This document shows positions 49,512 to 60,395 of a stretch of 64,000 nucleotides of DNA, piece after piece (the first letter of the stretch is position 1; each line of letters starts with the position of its first letter). Both the position numbers and the translations under genes were made by a program. Location: assembly GCA_000431135.1 (NCBI GenBank), contig HF987891.1, positions 7,286 to 71,285 of the forward strand, given 5' to 3'. A model generated the notes under the pieces. That model saw nothing but the letters and a program-made list of their open reading frames with translations, was not told the origin of the DNA and made no database searches. Source of the stretch: Clostridium sp. CAG:590 (lineage in GTDB: Bacteria; Bacillota; Clostridia; Lachnospirales; Lachnospiraceae).

Positions 49512-49692
49512 ACTTCTCTTATTCAGAGTGGTGGAGTCAGAAGGGACTACGAAGCCACGGCAACCCCATTGTTATTTGGAAGGTGCCGGCCTGAAGCGAG
49601 TTGAGATACTCGGTCAATAAGAGGATTTGGATATAGTGAGCACATAAACTTCAAATCCTCGTGGATTTGGAGTTTTTTTGTAGGGTAATCTT
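49512..49692 (+). ncRNA. SAM-I (S-box) riboswitch with intrinsic terminator
   Basis: P1 CTCTTATTC...GAATAAGAG, GGTGGAG, GGCAACC, GGTGCC conserved blocks; terminator CCAAATCC-tcgt-GGATTTGG + U7; TTGACC/TATGAT promoter about 70 nt upstream. Confidence 0.7.
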
Positions 49693-49887
49693 ATAAGAAA
49701 TGCAAAGCATTTCTTATAGATCGAAAAATATACTTGCAGAGGGCAAGCTTGCTTGCATCCTGCAAGTGTACTTTTTTGATCTGTAGGATGTTTCATCCGT
49801 TATAAGATTGTCCGGAAAAGGAACCGCATAATCCAAGGTCAAGGATTATGAAGGAGATGTAGCGAACGCACAACACTGAGTAAGCTC

Positions 49888-50001
49888 TGCTTACGAAGTG
49901 GATGCCTGCTTACGAAGTGAACGTTTGCTTACGAAGTGAACGTCTGCTTACGAAGTGGATGCTTGCTTACGAAGTGAACATTCCCTCACGCAGTGTCTGT
50001 G
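49888..50001 (+). repeat. 19-nt tandem repeat x5 (plus one degenerate copy): (c/t)tgcttacgaagtg(g/a)a(t/c)g(c/t)
   Basis: Read directly; noncoding (period not a multiple of 3), in the metK 5' leader. Confidence 0.8.
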
Positions 50002-50042
50002 CACAAACCCAGTTTTATTTCAATCAGGAGGAACCATATATT

Positions 50043-51230
50043 ATGGAGAAATTAATTTTTACATCCGAGTCCGTAACCGAAGGACATCCGGATAAGATCT
50101 GTGACCAGATCTCAGACGCCGTATTAGATGCATTGATGGCACAGGACCCAAACAGCCGTGTCGCTTGTGAGACAGCTATTACAACAGGTCTTGTATTAGT
50201 AATGGGAGAGATCTCTACAAAAGGATATGTAGATATTCAGAAGATCGTTCGTGAGACGATCCGTGAGATCGGTTATGACCGTGCAAAATACGGATTTGAC
50301 TGTGATACATGCGGTGTTATCACAGCAATTGATGAGCAGTCAAGCGATATTGCCATGGGTGTAGATAAGGCATTAGAAGCAAAAGAGAATTTAATGAGTG
50401 ATGAAGATATCGAGGCAATTGGTGCAGGAGATCAGGGTATGATGTTCGGTTTTGCATCAAATGAGACAGAAGAGTATATGCCATATCCAATCAGTCTTGC
50501 ACATAAATTAGCAAGAAAATTGACAGAGGTTCGTAAGAATGGAACACTTCCTTATCTTCGTCCGGATGGAAAAACACAGGTTTCTGTAGAATATGATGAG
50601 AATGGTAAGCCGTTCCGTCTTGAGGCAGTTGTATTGTCAACCCAGCATGACGCAGAGGTATCTCAGGAGCAGATTCATGAGGATATTAAGAAGTATGTAT
50701 TTGATGAGATCCTTCCGGCAGATATGGTAGATGAGAACACCAAGTTCTTTATTAATCCAACCGGACGTTTCGTAATCGGTGGCCCGAATGGCGACTCTGG
50801 TCTTACCGGACGTAAGATCATTGTAGACACTTATGGTGGATATGCCCGTCACGGTGGTGGAGCATTTTCCGGTAAGGACTGTACAAAGGTAGACCGTTCC
50901 GCTGCATATGCTGCAAGATATGTTGCAAAGAATATTGTAGCAGCAGGATTAGCTGATAAATGTGAGATTCAGTTGTCTTATGCGATTGGTGTGGCACAGC
51001 CAACTTCTGTTCGTGTAGATACATTTGGAACAAGCAAACTGACAGAGGAAGAGTTGGTAGGCATTGTACGGAAACATTTTGATCTCCGCCCGGCAGGCAT
51101 TATCAAGATGTTAGATCTTCGCCGTCCAATCTACAAACAGACCGCTGCATATGGTCATTTTGGACGTACAGATCTGGATTTGCCATGGGAGAAATTAGAC
51201 ATGGTAGATACATTAAAGCAGTATGCATAA
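50043..51230 (+). CDS. metK: S-adenosylmethionine synthase
   Basis: [25 protein letters not shown]; GGGAFSGKD; start ATG 50043 with AGGAGG RBS. Confidence 0.92.
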   Translation: MEKLIFTSESVTEGHPDKICDQISDAVLDALMAQDPNSRVACETAITTGLVLVMGEISTKGYVDIQKIVRETIREIGYDRAKYGFDCDTCGVITAIDEQSSDIAMGVDKALEAKENLMSDEDIEAIGAGDQGMMFGFASNETEEYMPYPISLAHKLARKLTEVRKNGTLPYLRPDGKTQVSVEYDENGKPFRLEAVVLSTQHDAEVSQEQIHEDIKKYVFDEILPADMVDENTKFFINPTGRFVIGGPNGDSGLTGRKIIVDTYGGYARHGGGAFSGKDCTKVDRSAAYAARYVAKNIVAAGLADKCEIQLSYAIGVAQPTSVRVDTFGTSKLTEEELVGIVRKHFDLRPAGIIKMLDLRRPIYKQTAAYGHFGRTDLDLPWEKLDMVDTLKQYA

Positions 51231-51295
51231 TACCGGATGTGGTTGTAATCGTACAATAGATATCACAACGTTTTATTGTTGATATTCATAAAAGA

Positions 51296-51338
51296 AAAGG
51301 CGTTAAGTAATTAATACTTAGCGCCTTTTTCTGACATA
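51296..51338. terminator. Bidirectional terminator between metK and degV
   Basis: GGCGTTAAGTA-attaa-TACTTAGCGCC + TTTTT. Confidence 0.5.
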
Positions 51339-51368
51339 TCCCTATGATCCAAAAATGTCTGATATCTT

Positions 51369-52256
51369 TTATTCAGTACGTTCCTTTCCCCAGAAGAAGA
51401 GTGCAACCGTTCCCGGTCCGGTATGACTTCCGATAACGGTTCCGATATTGTTGATCTCTACTTTACCGTCCAGATTCGGGAATTTAGATTCAATGAGATC
51501 GGCAACAGCGCGTGCGTCTTCATAACATGCGGACTGGCTGATGTAGCATTTGCCATCGTAATTAAGACCGTCTCTTGCTAATTCCTCCATCTTGCCAACA
51601 ATTGCTTTGATGACTTTCTTCTTAGAACGAACCTTCTCACGGACGATCAATTTACCCTCGTTATTTACATTCATCAATGGGCAGATATTTAACATGTTAC
51701 CAATGGTTCCGGCTGTCTTAGAAATACGGCCACCGCGGATAAAGAATGTAAGATCGCTGGAAAAGAACCAGTGATTCAGATTCAAAAGGTGTTCCGTTGC
51801 CCAATCTTTCAAAGCGTCAATATCCAGTCCTTCATCCCGTTTAGTTGCAAGCTCGTCCATTAAAAGCCCGTAACCGGAAGATGCTGCCAAAGAATCGATC
51901 ATGTAGATCTTGCGGTCCGGAAATTCTTCTAATAACATGTCTCTGGCAATGCATGCAGAGTTGTATACACCGGAAATACCGGAAGACAGGGTGAAATGCA
52001 GAATGTCTTTTCCCTCCTGTAAAAATGGGCGGAAATAATCCACAAATTCATCTGCGTTGACCTGTGAAGTCTTGGTCATGGCACCATCAGCCATCTTCTG
52101 ATAGAATTCCGGAAACGGAATGGATTGTCCAAGATCGTCCGGATAAGTAATATCATCCAACATAAAATGAAAACATATATAGTGAATATCTCTCTGTTCA
52201 AAATGTTCTTTGGATAAGTCTGCTGTAGAACAGCAGGAAAGAATATAGTCGCTCAT
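51369..52256 (-). CDS. DegV-family fatty-acid-binding protein
   Basis: 295 aa; start at ATG 52256 (AAGGGAGG RBS); DegV fold motifs. Confidence 0.8.
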   Translation of the reverse strand: MSDYILSCCSTADLSKEHFEQRDIHYICFHFMLDDITYPDDLGQSIPFPEFYQKMADGAMTKTSQVNADEFVDYFRPFLQEGKDILHFTLSSGISGVYNSACIARDMLLEEFPDRKIYMIDSLAASSGYGLLMDELATKRDEGLDIDALKDWATEHLLNLNHWFFSSDLTFFIRGGRISKTAGTIGNMLNICPLMNVNNEGKLIVREKVRSKKKVIKAIVGKMEELARDGLNYDGKCYISQSACYEDARAVADLIESKFPNLDGKVEINNIGTVIGSHTGPGTVALFFWGKERTE

Positions 52257-52566
52257 AAAAACCTCCCTTGTGTAAACATACATATAATTATATGCAATAT
52301 ATAAAACAATTATAACATATCTGAAATGCAGATACTAGAAGTTTCTATGTCCAAGGTATAAGTTTAAGAAGCAGTTTGGTCAGGAAAGATGGAAATGACT
52401 TAGTATAGAATTCAATTCCCGCACAAAAAGATGGATATACGTTGTCAACAATGATACAATCATGTTAAGTATCAGATAGTACTTGTACGGAAACATACAT
52501 TGTTATTTGCGTCTGACTATTGTACCGCGTGCAGACTAATGTAGATTAAGACGGGGGAATTATATT

Positions 52567-53493
52567 ATGAGGAAGATAATCGGGATTATTCTGGAAATAT
52601 TGTTTATATGGATGTGTGTAATTCCTGTATGTGCACAGGATGGGGGATGTGTTGTTGTCAAAGACCGGGCTTCCTTTTATCAGGAGATCTCGAAGCAGAT
52701 CCTGTCACACCAGAAAAGTAAGGTGTATATTACGGATGTAGGATCGCTTGGAAATGATCTGGATGAATTATTAAATGGGTATTATTATCATTATGATGCG
52801 GACAATCCCACTGCAAGTGGAAGTTATCTGTGTTACTACATGGAGAGTTGGAAGGTAGAGTACTATAAAGGCGGTAGATACGGAGACGGACATAACTGTA
52901 AGATGGAGGTTATAATATCTTATAGTTATCCAAAGAACGAAACAGATATCTATTTAAAAAAAATGAAAGAGCTTGCCGCAAGCCTTAAAAAGGATACAGA
53001 CTATAAGAGTGTTAAAGCGGTACACGATTATCTTATCAAGAATTATGAGTATGATCACAGCATGGTGAACCGGTCAGATTATGATGGATATATGACCGGG
53101 AAAATGGTATGCCAGGGATATTGTACGGCAGCATTTTATCTGTTGTCGGAGATGGGGATACCTGCAAGGGTTGTATTGGGCTCATCCGAGGATTACCAGA
53201 AGGATACCGATCATGCGTGGAATGTGGTCCGGGTAGACGGTAAATGGTACAATATGGATGTCACATGGGATGACGGCGGCTGGCTGCCGGATTATACCTT
53301 CTTTTTGAAGAGTGATGCAGATTTTTACCAGCATACGAGAGAGGGATATTATGACTATGACAAGGATATGGCATTGTCTTCTTATCCGGTAAGAGATCCG
53401 AAACGGACGATTGGCGGATGTATTATTTTTCTTGTGATCATAATAGATGCAGGCATGATAATCAGGAGAAAGAGACGGCAACAAGAGGAATAG
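52567..53493 (+). CDS. Transglutaminase-like domain protein (secreted, C-terminal TM)
   Basis: Signal peptide; Cys (VCQGYCTA), His (DHAWNVV), Asp (MDVTWDD) catalytic-triad spacing; C-terminal hydrophobic anchor + RRKRRQQEE. Confidence 0.7.
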   Translation: MRKIIGIILEILFIWMCVIPVCAQDGGCVVVKDRASFYQEISKQILSHQKSKVYITDVGSLGNDLDELLNGYYYHYDADNPTASGSYLCYYMESWKVEYYKGGRYGDGHNCKMEVIISYSYPKNETDIYLKKMKELAASLKKDTDYKSVKAVHDYLIKNYEYDHSMVNRSDYDGYMTGKMVCQGYCTAAFYLLSEMGIPARVVLGSSEDYQKDTDHAWNVVRVDGKWYNMDVTWDDGGWLPDYTFFLKSDADFYQHTREGYYDYDKDMALSSYPVRDPKRTIGGCIIFLVIIIDAGMIIRRKRRQQEE

Positions 53494-53519
53494 AACGATG
53501 AAAAGTATACAACATTTAG

Positions 53520-53566
53520 AAAAAGCAGGTCTTTTGAGGAAAAAGGACTTGCTTTTTTTGAATTTA
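53520..53566 (+). terminator. Rho-independent terminator
   Basis: AAGCAGGTC...GACTTGCTT + TTTTTTG. Confidence 0.45.
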
Positions 53567-53677
53567 TTTATACAATAATAAGTAAGTGTGCATATTTGTC
53601 GGTGGACAGTAGATGCATACGATACGAAGCAATTGTAGTAGATCGGGTGAGAAATTACCTGAAGTTAGGAGAGTATC

Positions 53678-54514
53678 ATGAACAAATTAGAGCTTCAGAA
53701 GAAAGCAAATCAGCTTAGAAAGCACATTGTGACTTCTTTGCATGCTGCGAAATGTGGACATCCGGGTGGATCGTTATCCGCAGCAGACATTATTACGTAT
53801 TTGTATTTTGAGGAGATGAATGTAGATCCTAAGAATCCGAAGAAGGAAGACAGGGATCGTTTTGTATTGTCAAAGGGACATGTGGCACCGGCATTATATG
53901 GTGCACTTGCCATGAAGGGATATTTTCCGGAGGAAGAGCTTTTGAAACTTCGTAAGACCGGACAGATGTTACAGGGACATCCGGATATGAAAGGAACTCC
54001 CGGAATAGATATGTCGGCAGGTTCTTTAGGACAGGGTATTTCAGTTGCTGTTGGTATGGCATTATCAGCGAAGCTTTCTAATGAGGATTATCGTGTATAT
54101 ACATTATTAGGAGATGGAGAGATTCAGGAAGGTCAGGTCTGGGAGGCTTCTATGTTTGCGGGACATCGCAAACTGGACAATCTCGTTGTAATCGTAGACA
54201 ACAATAATTTGCAGATTGACGGAAGCATTGAGGATGTATGTTCTCCTTATCCGATCGCAGACAAGTTCAAAGCATTTAATTTCCATGTAATTGAGATAGA
54301 TGGCCATGATTTTGATGCGATCGAGGCAGCATTTAAAGAGGCAAAACAGACAAAGGGTATGCCGACTGCAATTATCGCAAAGACGATCAAAGGAAAGGGT
54401 GTTTCCTTCATGGAGAACCAGGCTTCATGGCATGGTGCAGCACCAAATGATGAACAGTATGCAGTAGCAATGGAAGATTTGGAAAAGGAGGCAGCCACAT
54501 TATGTCAGAAGTAA
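53678..54514 (+). CDS. Transketolase, N-terminal (TPP-binding) subunit
   Basis: 278 aa; GHPGGSLS, GDGE motifs. Confidence 0.9.
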   Translation: MNKLELQKKANQLRKHIVTSLHAAKCGHPGGSLSAADIITYLYFEEMNVDPKNPKKEDRDRFVLSKGHVAPALYGALAMKGYFPEEELLKLRKTGQMLQGHPDMKGTPGIDMSAGSLGQGISVAVGMALSAKLSNEDYRVYTLLGDGEIQEGQVWEASMFAGHRKLDNLVVIVDNNNLQIDGSIEDVCSPYPIADKFKAFNFHVIEIDGHDFDAIEAAFKEAKQTKGMPTAIIAKTIKGKGVSFMENQASWHGAAPNDEQYAVAMEDLEKEAATLCQK

Positions 54515-55440
54515 AGAAGATTGCAACTCGTGAGAGTTACGGAAATGCTTTAGTAGAACTTGGAAGAGAGCATGACAATGTTGTTGTATTGGATGCTGAT
54601 CTTGCAGCAGCAACCAAGACGGGGATTTTTAAGAAAGAATTTCCGGAAAGACACATCGATTGCGGTATTGCTGAGTGTAATATGATTGGAATTGCCGGCG
54701 GTCTTTCTTTGACAGGCAAGGTTCCTTTTGCAAGTAGTTTTGCAATGTTTGCAGCTGGACGTGCGTTTGAACAGGTTCGTAATACGGTTGGTTATCCCAA
54801 ATTAAATGTAAAGATTGGTGCAACTCATGCAGGAATCTCTGTTGGTGAGGATGGTGCAACACATCAGTGTAATGAAGATATTGCGTTGATGAGAACAATC
54901 CCGAATATGGTAATCATTAATCCGGCGGATGATGTAGAAGCAAGGGCGGCTGTCAAAGCTGCATATGAACATGTAGGTCCCGTTTACCTCCGCTTTGGAA
55001 GACTTGCAGCACCGGTGATCAATGATAATCCGGAATATAAGTTTGAATTGGGAAAAGGTGTGACATTGCGGGAAGGCAAAGATATTACAATTGTTGCGAC
55101 AGGATTGGAAGTATCCTTTGCATTAGAAGCAGCACAAATGTTGGAAAAGGATGGAATTGATGCGAGAGTAATCAATATTCATACGATCAAACCAATTGAC
55201 GAAGAGATCATTGTAAAGGCTGCAAAGGAGACAAAGAAGATCTTTACAGTAGAAGAACATTCTATTATTGGTGGTTTGGGATCGGCAGTATGTGACGTTG
55301 TTTGTGAGAAACAGCCTGCACCGGTATACAAGATCGGAATGAGAGATCGTTTTGGAGAGTCAGGACCGGCAATGGAACTTCTTCACAAATATGAATTGGA
55401 TGCAGAAGGCATTTACAATCAGATCAAAGAGAATATGTAA
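54502..55440 (+). CDS. Transketolase, C-terminal subunit
   Basis: 312 aa; overlaps the N-terminal subunit by 13 nt. Confidence 0.9.
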   Translation: MSEVKKIATRESYGNALVELGREHDNVVVLDADLAAATKTGIFKKEFPERHIDCGIAECNMIGIAGGLSLTGKVPFASSFAMFAAGRAFEQVRNTVGYPKLNVKIGATHAGISVGEDGATHQCNEDIALMRTIPNMVIINPADDVEARAAVKAAYEHVGPVYLRFGRLAAPVINDNPEYKFELGKGVTLREGKDITIVATGLEVSFALEAAQMLEKDGIDARVINIHTIKPIDEEIIVKAAKETKKIFTVEEHSIIGGLGSAVCDVVCEKQPAPVYKIGMRDRFGESGPAMELLHKYELDAEGIYNQIKENM

Positions 55441-55446
55441 AAGAGC

Positions 55447-55482
55447 ATAAAAAGGACGGATACAGGTTGTATCCGTCCTTTT
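55447..55482. terminator. Bidirectional terminator
   Basis: AAAAGGACGGATACA-ggt-TGTATCCGTCCTTTT perfect hairpin. Confidence 0.7.
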
Positions 55483-55540
55483 TACTTTACAGGAAAGTTC
55501 GTCGCAGGCGCAAAAAAGAGCCGCAGGCGACGTTTTGTTT

Positions 55541-56632
55541 TTAGACGATTTCGAGGATCGTGTTGACTACGTTATCGTTCTGCTCTGGTTTCATGAAACA
55601 GAAACGGATGTATTTGTCACCTAATCCCTCGTAATCGGTACAATCGCGGATCATAAAACCACGCTTGATGCAGTAATCGAATACATCGGATGCAGTCTGA
55701 TCTTCTTTGAGCAGTTTGATCAATACGAAATTGGCTTCCGGTTTGAAGACCTTGATCGTTTTCCTGCTGCATAGTGCGGAATAGATCAGGTTTCGTTCGG
55801 TCTGGATCAGACTCTTTGTAAGATTGATGTAATGGTCATCGGAAAACATGACACCGGCAACGGAGGCATATACGTTGATATTCCAAGGAGTCTTTTCGTT
55901 GGTGGTCTCTTCCAAAAAGTCTTCGTTGTTGGTGATCGCATAACCGAGGCGGAGACCAGGGGATGCAAAGAATTTGGAAACACTTCGCAATACGATAAGA
56001 TTGTCATATTTTTTGGTAAGTGCAATAGAGGAAATTAAGTGGACATCTTTTACAAATTCCACATAAGTCTCATCTACCATGACAAAGATGTTAAGTTCTA
56101 AACACCGTGCAAGGATCATATCCATCTGATCTTTGGTGATCACTTTGCTGGTTGGATTATTTGGATTACAGATGATCAGAAGATCAATGGATTCATGGAG
56201 TGCCTTTAAGAACATATCCACATCCAGTTCAAAATCATCTAAGTTCTTTAACATGTAAGTAGAAATCTCACTTCCTGCAAGCTGTGCAGCACGTCCATAT
56301 TCGGAATAGGTCGGTCCGATGATCATAGTCTGCTTAGGAGCAAGTGTCTTAATTGTCAAGTCGATCAATTCGGATGTTCCGTTTCCTAAAATGATCTTAT
56401 CCGGATCTGCACTGCAATAGTTGGAAATTGCTTCCCGCAGACTGGCGTAATCGCGATCCGGGTATGCTTTGATGGCATCCACGTTGTCGATCAGTGCCTG
56501 TCTGGCAACCGGAGAGATGCCGAGCGGATTGACATTCGAAGCATAAGGAATGATGGATTCCTGATCTATATGATAACGTTTTGCAATAACTTCGAGGTCA
56601 CTGCCGTGAAAGGATTGTGCTACCTTGCCCAT
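55541..56632 (-). CDS. Class I/II PLP-dependent aminotransferase (HisC/CobD-like)
   Basis: 363 aa; SVSKFFASPGLRLGY Lys-PLP region. Confidence 0.7.
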   Translation of the reverse strand: MGKVAQSFHGSDLEVIAKRYHIDQESIIPYASNVNPLGISPVARQALIDNVDAIKAYPDRDYASLREAISNYCSADPDKIILGNGTSELIDLTIKTLAPKQTMIIGPTYSEYGRAAQLAGSEISTYMLKNLDDFELDVDMFLKALHESIDLLIICNPNNPTSKVITKDQMDMILARCLELNIFVMVDETYVEFVKDVHLISSIALTKKYDNLIVLRSVSKFFASPGLRLGYAITNNEDFLEETTNEKTPWNINVYASVAGVMFSDDHYINLTKSLIQTERNLIYSALCSRKTIKVFKPEANFVLIKLLKEDQTASDVFDYCIKRGFMIRDCTDYEGLGDKYIRFCFMKPEQNDNVVNTILEIV

Positions 56633-56734
56633 AAAATTAACCTTCTTTCTATTTGTTCTTTTCTTATCAAATGAAATTTGGTATAATTATAACATTGAAC
56701 CCTACGAAACATCAAGAGAAATAAGGAAATACCA

Positions 56735-59700
56735 ATGAAGAGCAAAGTTGAACAGTATGCGAAAGGTGATTTCTATGTAGAATATCCGGAGATCCATCTT
56801 TCGAAGAAGTATTTACAATTGAAGATAGAAGCAGGAAGCGTATATCAGGGAAGCATTCAGGTTACATCCGGTAATGATGTGGCAATGAAGATGATGGTCT
56901 ATGATGACGCTTATTTATTGTGCCTTTCTGATCATAGTCTGGTTGGTAAAAAAGGGGAGATTTCATTTTCTTTTGATGCAACGTGCAGGAAAAGAGGAAG
57001 TGTCTACGACGGTACTATTCGGTTAATTGGGAACGGAACGGAGATTACAGTTCCTTACAACATTGAGATTGTGGCACCATTTATTGATGTAAATGGAATT
57101 GCACTGGAAGATCTGATGAAATTCTCGGCATTGGCGGAGACAAACTGGGAAAAGGCACTTCAGATATTTTATTCCGAAGAATTTGCAAGAACTTTGTTAG
57201 CAGGTCAGGAAGAATACTTAGAGGCATATAGAAGTCTCAGGGATTCTGTGGATAAGAATCAGGCGTTGGAAGAATTTCTGGTATACATTCATAAGAAACG
57301 GGCACTTATGTTACAGGTGGAACATGATCGGTTTCAGTTCCGTTTTCCGAAGATGAGGGAAGATCATGAGCTGGTTCTGCGTAAGAATACATGGGGATAT
57401 TGCAAGATGCATGTGCGGACGGATGCACGATTCATTACGATTCATCAGGAATCCGTATGCAGTATGGATTTTCAGGATGACCGGTTTGCAGTTTCTTATT
57501 CTTTAGATCCGGAACAGTTAGATGAAGATAAACAGGCACAGGGACAGATCATCATTGAGAATACATATCAGAAGATTGTTGTTAATGTGATCGTCAAAGA
57601 GGCGGAAGAAGGTTCCCGTGTATTAGTACATAGAGATCATGACCGGCGGCTTAAGAAGTTAGAGATTGCGGCTGTGGTGCATAATTATGTAGATTATCGG
57701 ATTGGGCTGATGTCGATTGAACAGTTCATTGAAAAGACACGGCAATCACTGCACAAGCTGATCTCCTTTGAACCTGAGACGGGTATATATAAGTTAGGAT
57801 TGCTGCACATGTGTATTCTTGCCGGGCAGGAAGAGACAGCCAGACAGGAGATCCGGCGTATGGAAGCGGATATGGATAAGACAGTGGAAGGCAGACGCGA
57901 ACATTGCTATTATCTGTATCTGAAGGCATTGTTGTCCAAGGAGGCACGGCAGATCGTAAGAGCCTGTGAAGAGATTGAACAGGCGCTGTCGACAGAGAAA
58001 GATAAACTGTTCTATTTCTGGCTTTTGATCTATTTAGATGAGCGTTATCAAAAGGATAAACAGTGGTTGTTCAGTCAGATAGAAGGACTCTATCTGGGAG
58101 GCTACAATAGTCCGGTTCTTGCAATTGAAGTATGCGATCTGTTGAATCAGGATCCGTTACTTCTTAAAAAATTATCTGCGGTTGAGATTGCGGCAATCCG
58201 GTTTGGACTTCGCAATCATTATCTCAGCAAAGAGGCAGAAGAAGAATTCATACAACTGGCAGGTAGAGAGCGGGATTTCCGGTCACAGGTGTTTGCCCTG
58301 CTTTGTACAATATATGAATTTACAAATCGACCGGAGATCATTCGGATCATTTGCAGTATGCTGATCCGTGGAGGTAAGGTAGAACAACGCTATCATAAGT
58401 ATTATCTCGAAGGAATCAAATGTGGGTACAAGCTGGTAGGAATTCAGGAGAATTATCTGCACAGTATGGATAAGAGCCGGTATGATGTGATCCCGGATTC
58501 TGTATTGCGGTATTTTAATTATAAGAGCAGTCTGACGGATGCAGAGTATGCGTATCTCTATGCCAACGTGATCCAGAATAAGAGAAGATATCTTGGTCAG
58601 TATGAGGAGTACCTTCCGAATATGATGGCATTTATGGAAGGGCAGATCGTAAAGGGCAACATGAGTGATGATCTAAGCGTTATATACGGAGAGTTTTTAA
58701 GACCGCAGGCGGTCACAGCTCACTTTGCGGCAAGTCTGGTAAATGTGATATTCAAACGCAAATTAGTGGTGGCAAATGATAATATTACAGGAGTTGTGAT
58801 CTCTCACAAGGAATTAGAAAAGGAGCAGTGGGTTCCGGTTGTCAACCATGTGGCTTATGTAGATATGATTACGGAATCAGCGGTAGTTTCGTTGGTAGAC
58901 AGCAATCATAACCGGTATATTAGTACGATACCATACAAATTGCAGAAATTGGTGGATGAGTCCGAATATATGGAGATCCTCGGAATGTACGCAGGGGATG
59001 ACTATCGGTATGTTCTGTATCGATATGATGAATGGAAAGCATATGATGCGACGAATGCCAAAGAAGTCAATATTGCAAGAGATCTGTTAGCATTTAAAGA
59101 GATCAGTGAAGAGACGAAGCAGCAGGCGATTTACGGAATTGTCCGTTATTATAGAGAACATCTGGATATGGATATTCTACGCAGTTATCTGGACCGTGTG
59201 GACATGGATTATGTACTGCCGGCAGAGAGTGTGGAATATATGAATTACCTGATCATGTGCGGCTTGTATGATAAAGCATATGCAGCAGTGAAACGGTTCG
59301 GGTATCAGGAGGTAATGCCGGAGAATCTGGCACTGCTGGTTAGTGCAATGAAAGAATTTTCACAGTATGCAAAGGAAGAGACGTTAATCTCAGTTGCGAA
59401 TTATCTGTATCGCATGGGACAGGATACCGTGGATGTGTTAAGTTATCTGATTGATTATTATCAGGGCGGCGTGCAGGACATGTTAAAATTATGGAAACGT
59501 GCCAGCAGCCGTTTGACCCGGTTAGATCTTTTTGAAGAGAATATTCTTTGTGAAACGTTATATACGGAACAATGGCACAAGGATGTATTCCGGGTATTTG
59601 AATCGTATCTTCGTAAGAAACGGAGAGGTATGGTGATCAAAGCATTTTTCAAACGGGCAGCATTTGCTTATCTGGTGGAAGATGATGATATACCGGCCGT

Positions 59701-60307
59701 ATTTTTTGATGATCTGTATGAGCAAATGGTGACAGAGGAATTAAAGGATGATATGTGTCAGGCGGCAATGCTTCTGTTCCTCAGCAAAAAGCCCAAACTG
59801 GAACAGCAGGAGATTACATGGATTAAAGCACAGGTTGAATATTTTGTGAAACGCGGTATATTGCTTCCGTTTTTCCGCAGCTTTAAGAAATACATGCATT
59901 TACCGAAAGATCTGTTTATGATGACATATGTGGTAACAAAGGATAAGGCAGGCAGACAGATTTCATTCCATTACGGTATTCAATCCGGTGTTGAGAAACC
60001 GGATTGTAACAAAGAGGCACGCATGATGGAAGTTGTACCGGGATATTATTTGAAGGAATTTGTTCTGTTCCATGGAGAGAACTTACTATATGAGATGCCG
60101 GAACGAAACACCAAACAGACAAAGGTGTATGAGAGTCAGGCGATGAAAGCAAAAGGGGAGACAGAAGAGTATGAGAACCGGTTTGAAATGCTCAACTCCA
60201 TGTTACTCAATCAGGAGATTGGAGAGAACCAGATGCTCATTGATAAGATTGATAAATATTTGAAACTGTCTACCATTATAGAAGAAAATTTAGAGATTAT
60301 GGAGTAG
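56735..60307 (+). CDS. Large (1190 aa) uncharacterised soluble protein, mostly alpha-helical
   Basis: No TM or signal peptide; no recognisable catalytic motif; own RBS and terminator. Confidence 0.6.
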   Translation: MKSKVEQYAKGDFYVEYPEIHLSKKYLQLKIEAGSVYQGSIQVTSGNDVAMKMMVYDDAYLLCLSDHSLVGKKGEISFSFDATCRKRGSVYDGTIRLIGNGTEITVPYNIEIVAPFIDVNGIALEDLMKFSALAETNWEKALQIFYSEEFARTLLAGQEEYLEAYRSLRDSVDKNQALEEFLVYIHKKRALMLQVEHDRFQFRFPKMREDHELVLRKNTWGYCKMHVRTDARFITIHQESVCSMDFQDDRFAVSYSLDPEQLDEDKQAQGQIIIENTYQKIVVNVIVKEAEEGSRVLVHRDHDRRLKKLEIAAVVHNYVDYRIGLMSIEQFIEKTRQSLHKLISFEPETGIYKLGLLHMCILAGQEETARQEIRRMEADMDKTVEGRREHCYYLYLKALLSKEARQIVRACEEIEQALSTEKDKLFYFWLLIYLDERYQKDKQWLFSQIEGLYLGGYNSPVLAIEVCDLLNQDPLLLKKLSAVEIAAIRFGLRNHYLSKEAEEEFIQLAGRERDFRSQVFALLCTIYEFTNRPEIIRIICSMLIRGGKVEQRYHKYYLEGIKCGYKLVGIQENYLHSMDKSRYDVIPDSVLRYFNYKSSLTDAEYAYLYANVIQNKRRYLGQYEEYLPNMMAFMEGQIVKGNMSDDLSVIYGEFLRPQAVTAHFAASLVNVIFKRKLVVANDNITGVVISHKELEKEQWVPVVNHVAYVDMITESAVVSLVDSNHNRYISTIPYKLQKLVDESEYMEILGMYAGDDYRYVLYRYDEWKAYDATNAKEVNIARDLLAFKEISEETKQQAIYGIVRYYREHLDMDILRSYLDRVDMDYVLPAESVEYMNYLIMCGLYDKAYAAVKRFGYQEVMPENLALLVSAMKEFSQYAKEETLISVANYLYRMGQDTVDVLSYLIDYYQGGVQDMLKLWKRASSRLTRLDLFEENILCETLYTEQWHKDVFRVFESYLRKKRRGMVIKAFFKRAAFAYLVEDDDIPAVFFDDLYEQMVTEELKDDMCQAAMLLFLSKKPKLEQQEITWIKAQVEYFVKRGILLPFFRSFKKYMHLPKDLFMMTYVVTKDKAGRQISFHYGIQSGVEKPDCNKEARMMEVVPGYYLKEFVLFHGENLLYEMPERNTKQTKVYESQAMKAKGETEEYENRFEMLNSMLLNQEIGENQMLIDKIDKYLKLSTIIEENLEIME

Positions 60308-60312
60308 GAAGA

Positions 60313-60348
60313 TCCCACAGTTGACGAGAGTTGGCTGTGGGATTTTTT
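60313..60348 (+). terminator. Rho-independent terminator
   Basis: ATCCCACAG...CTGTGGGAT + TTTTT. Confidence 0.6.
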
Positions 60349-60395
60349 AGATATATATTAGAAACATGCATTTCCGGATTATATTATAATGTGAT

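Noticed and set aside
49888-50001. Possible CRISPR array
   Set aside because: The 19-nt units are directly tandem with no spacers. No cas genes in the window.
49902-50042. N-terminal extension of the metK ORF (track start 49902)
   Set aside because: The extension reads through the 19-nt noncoding tandem repeats. The canonical MetK N-terminus ([18 protein letters not shown]) with an AGGAGG RBS starts at 50043.
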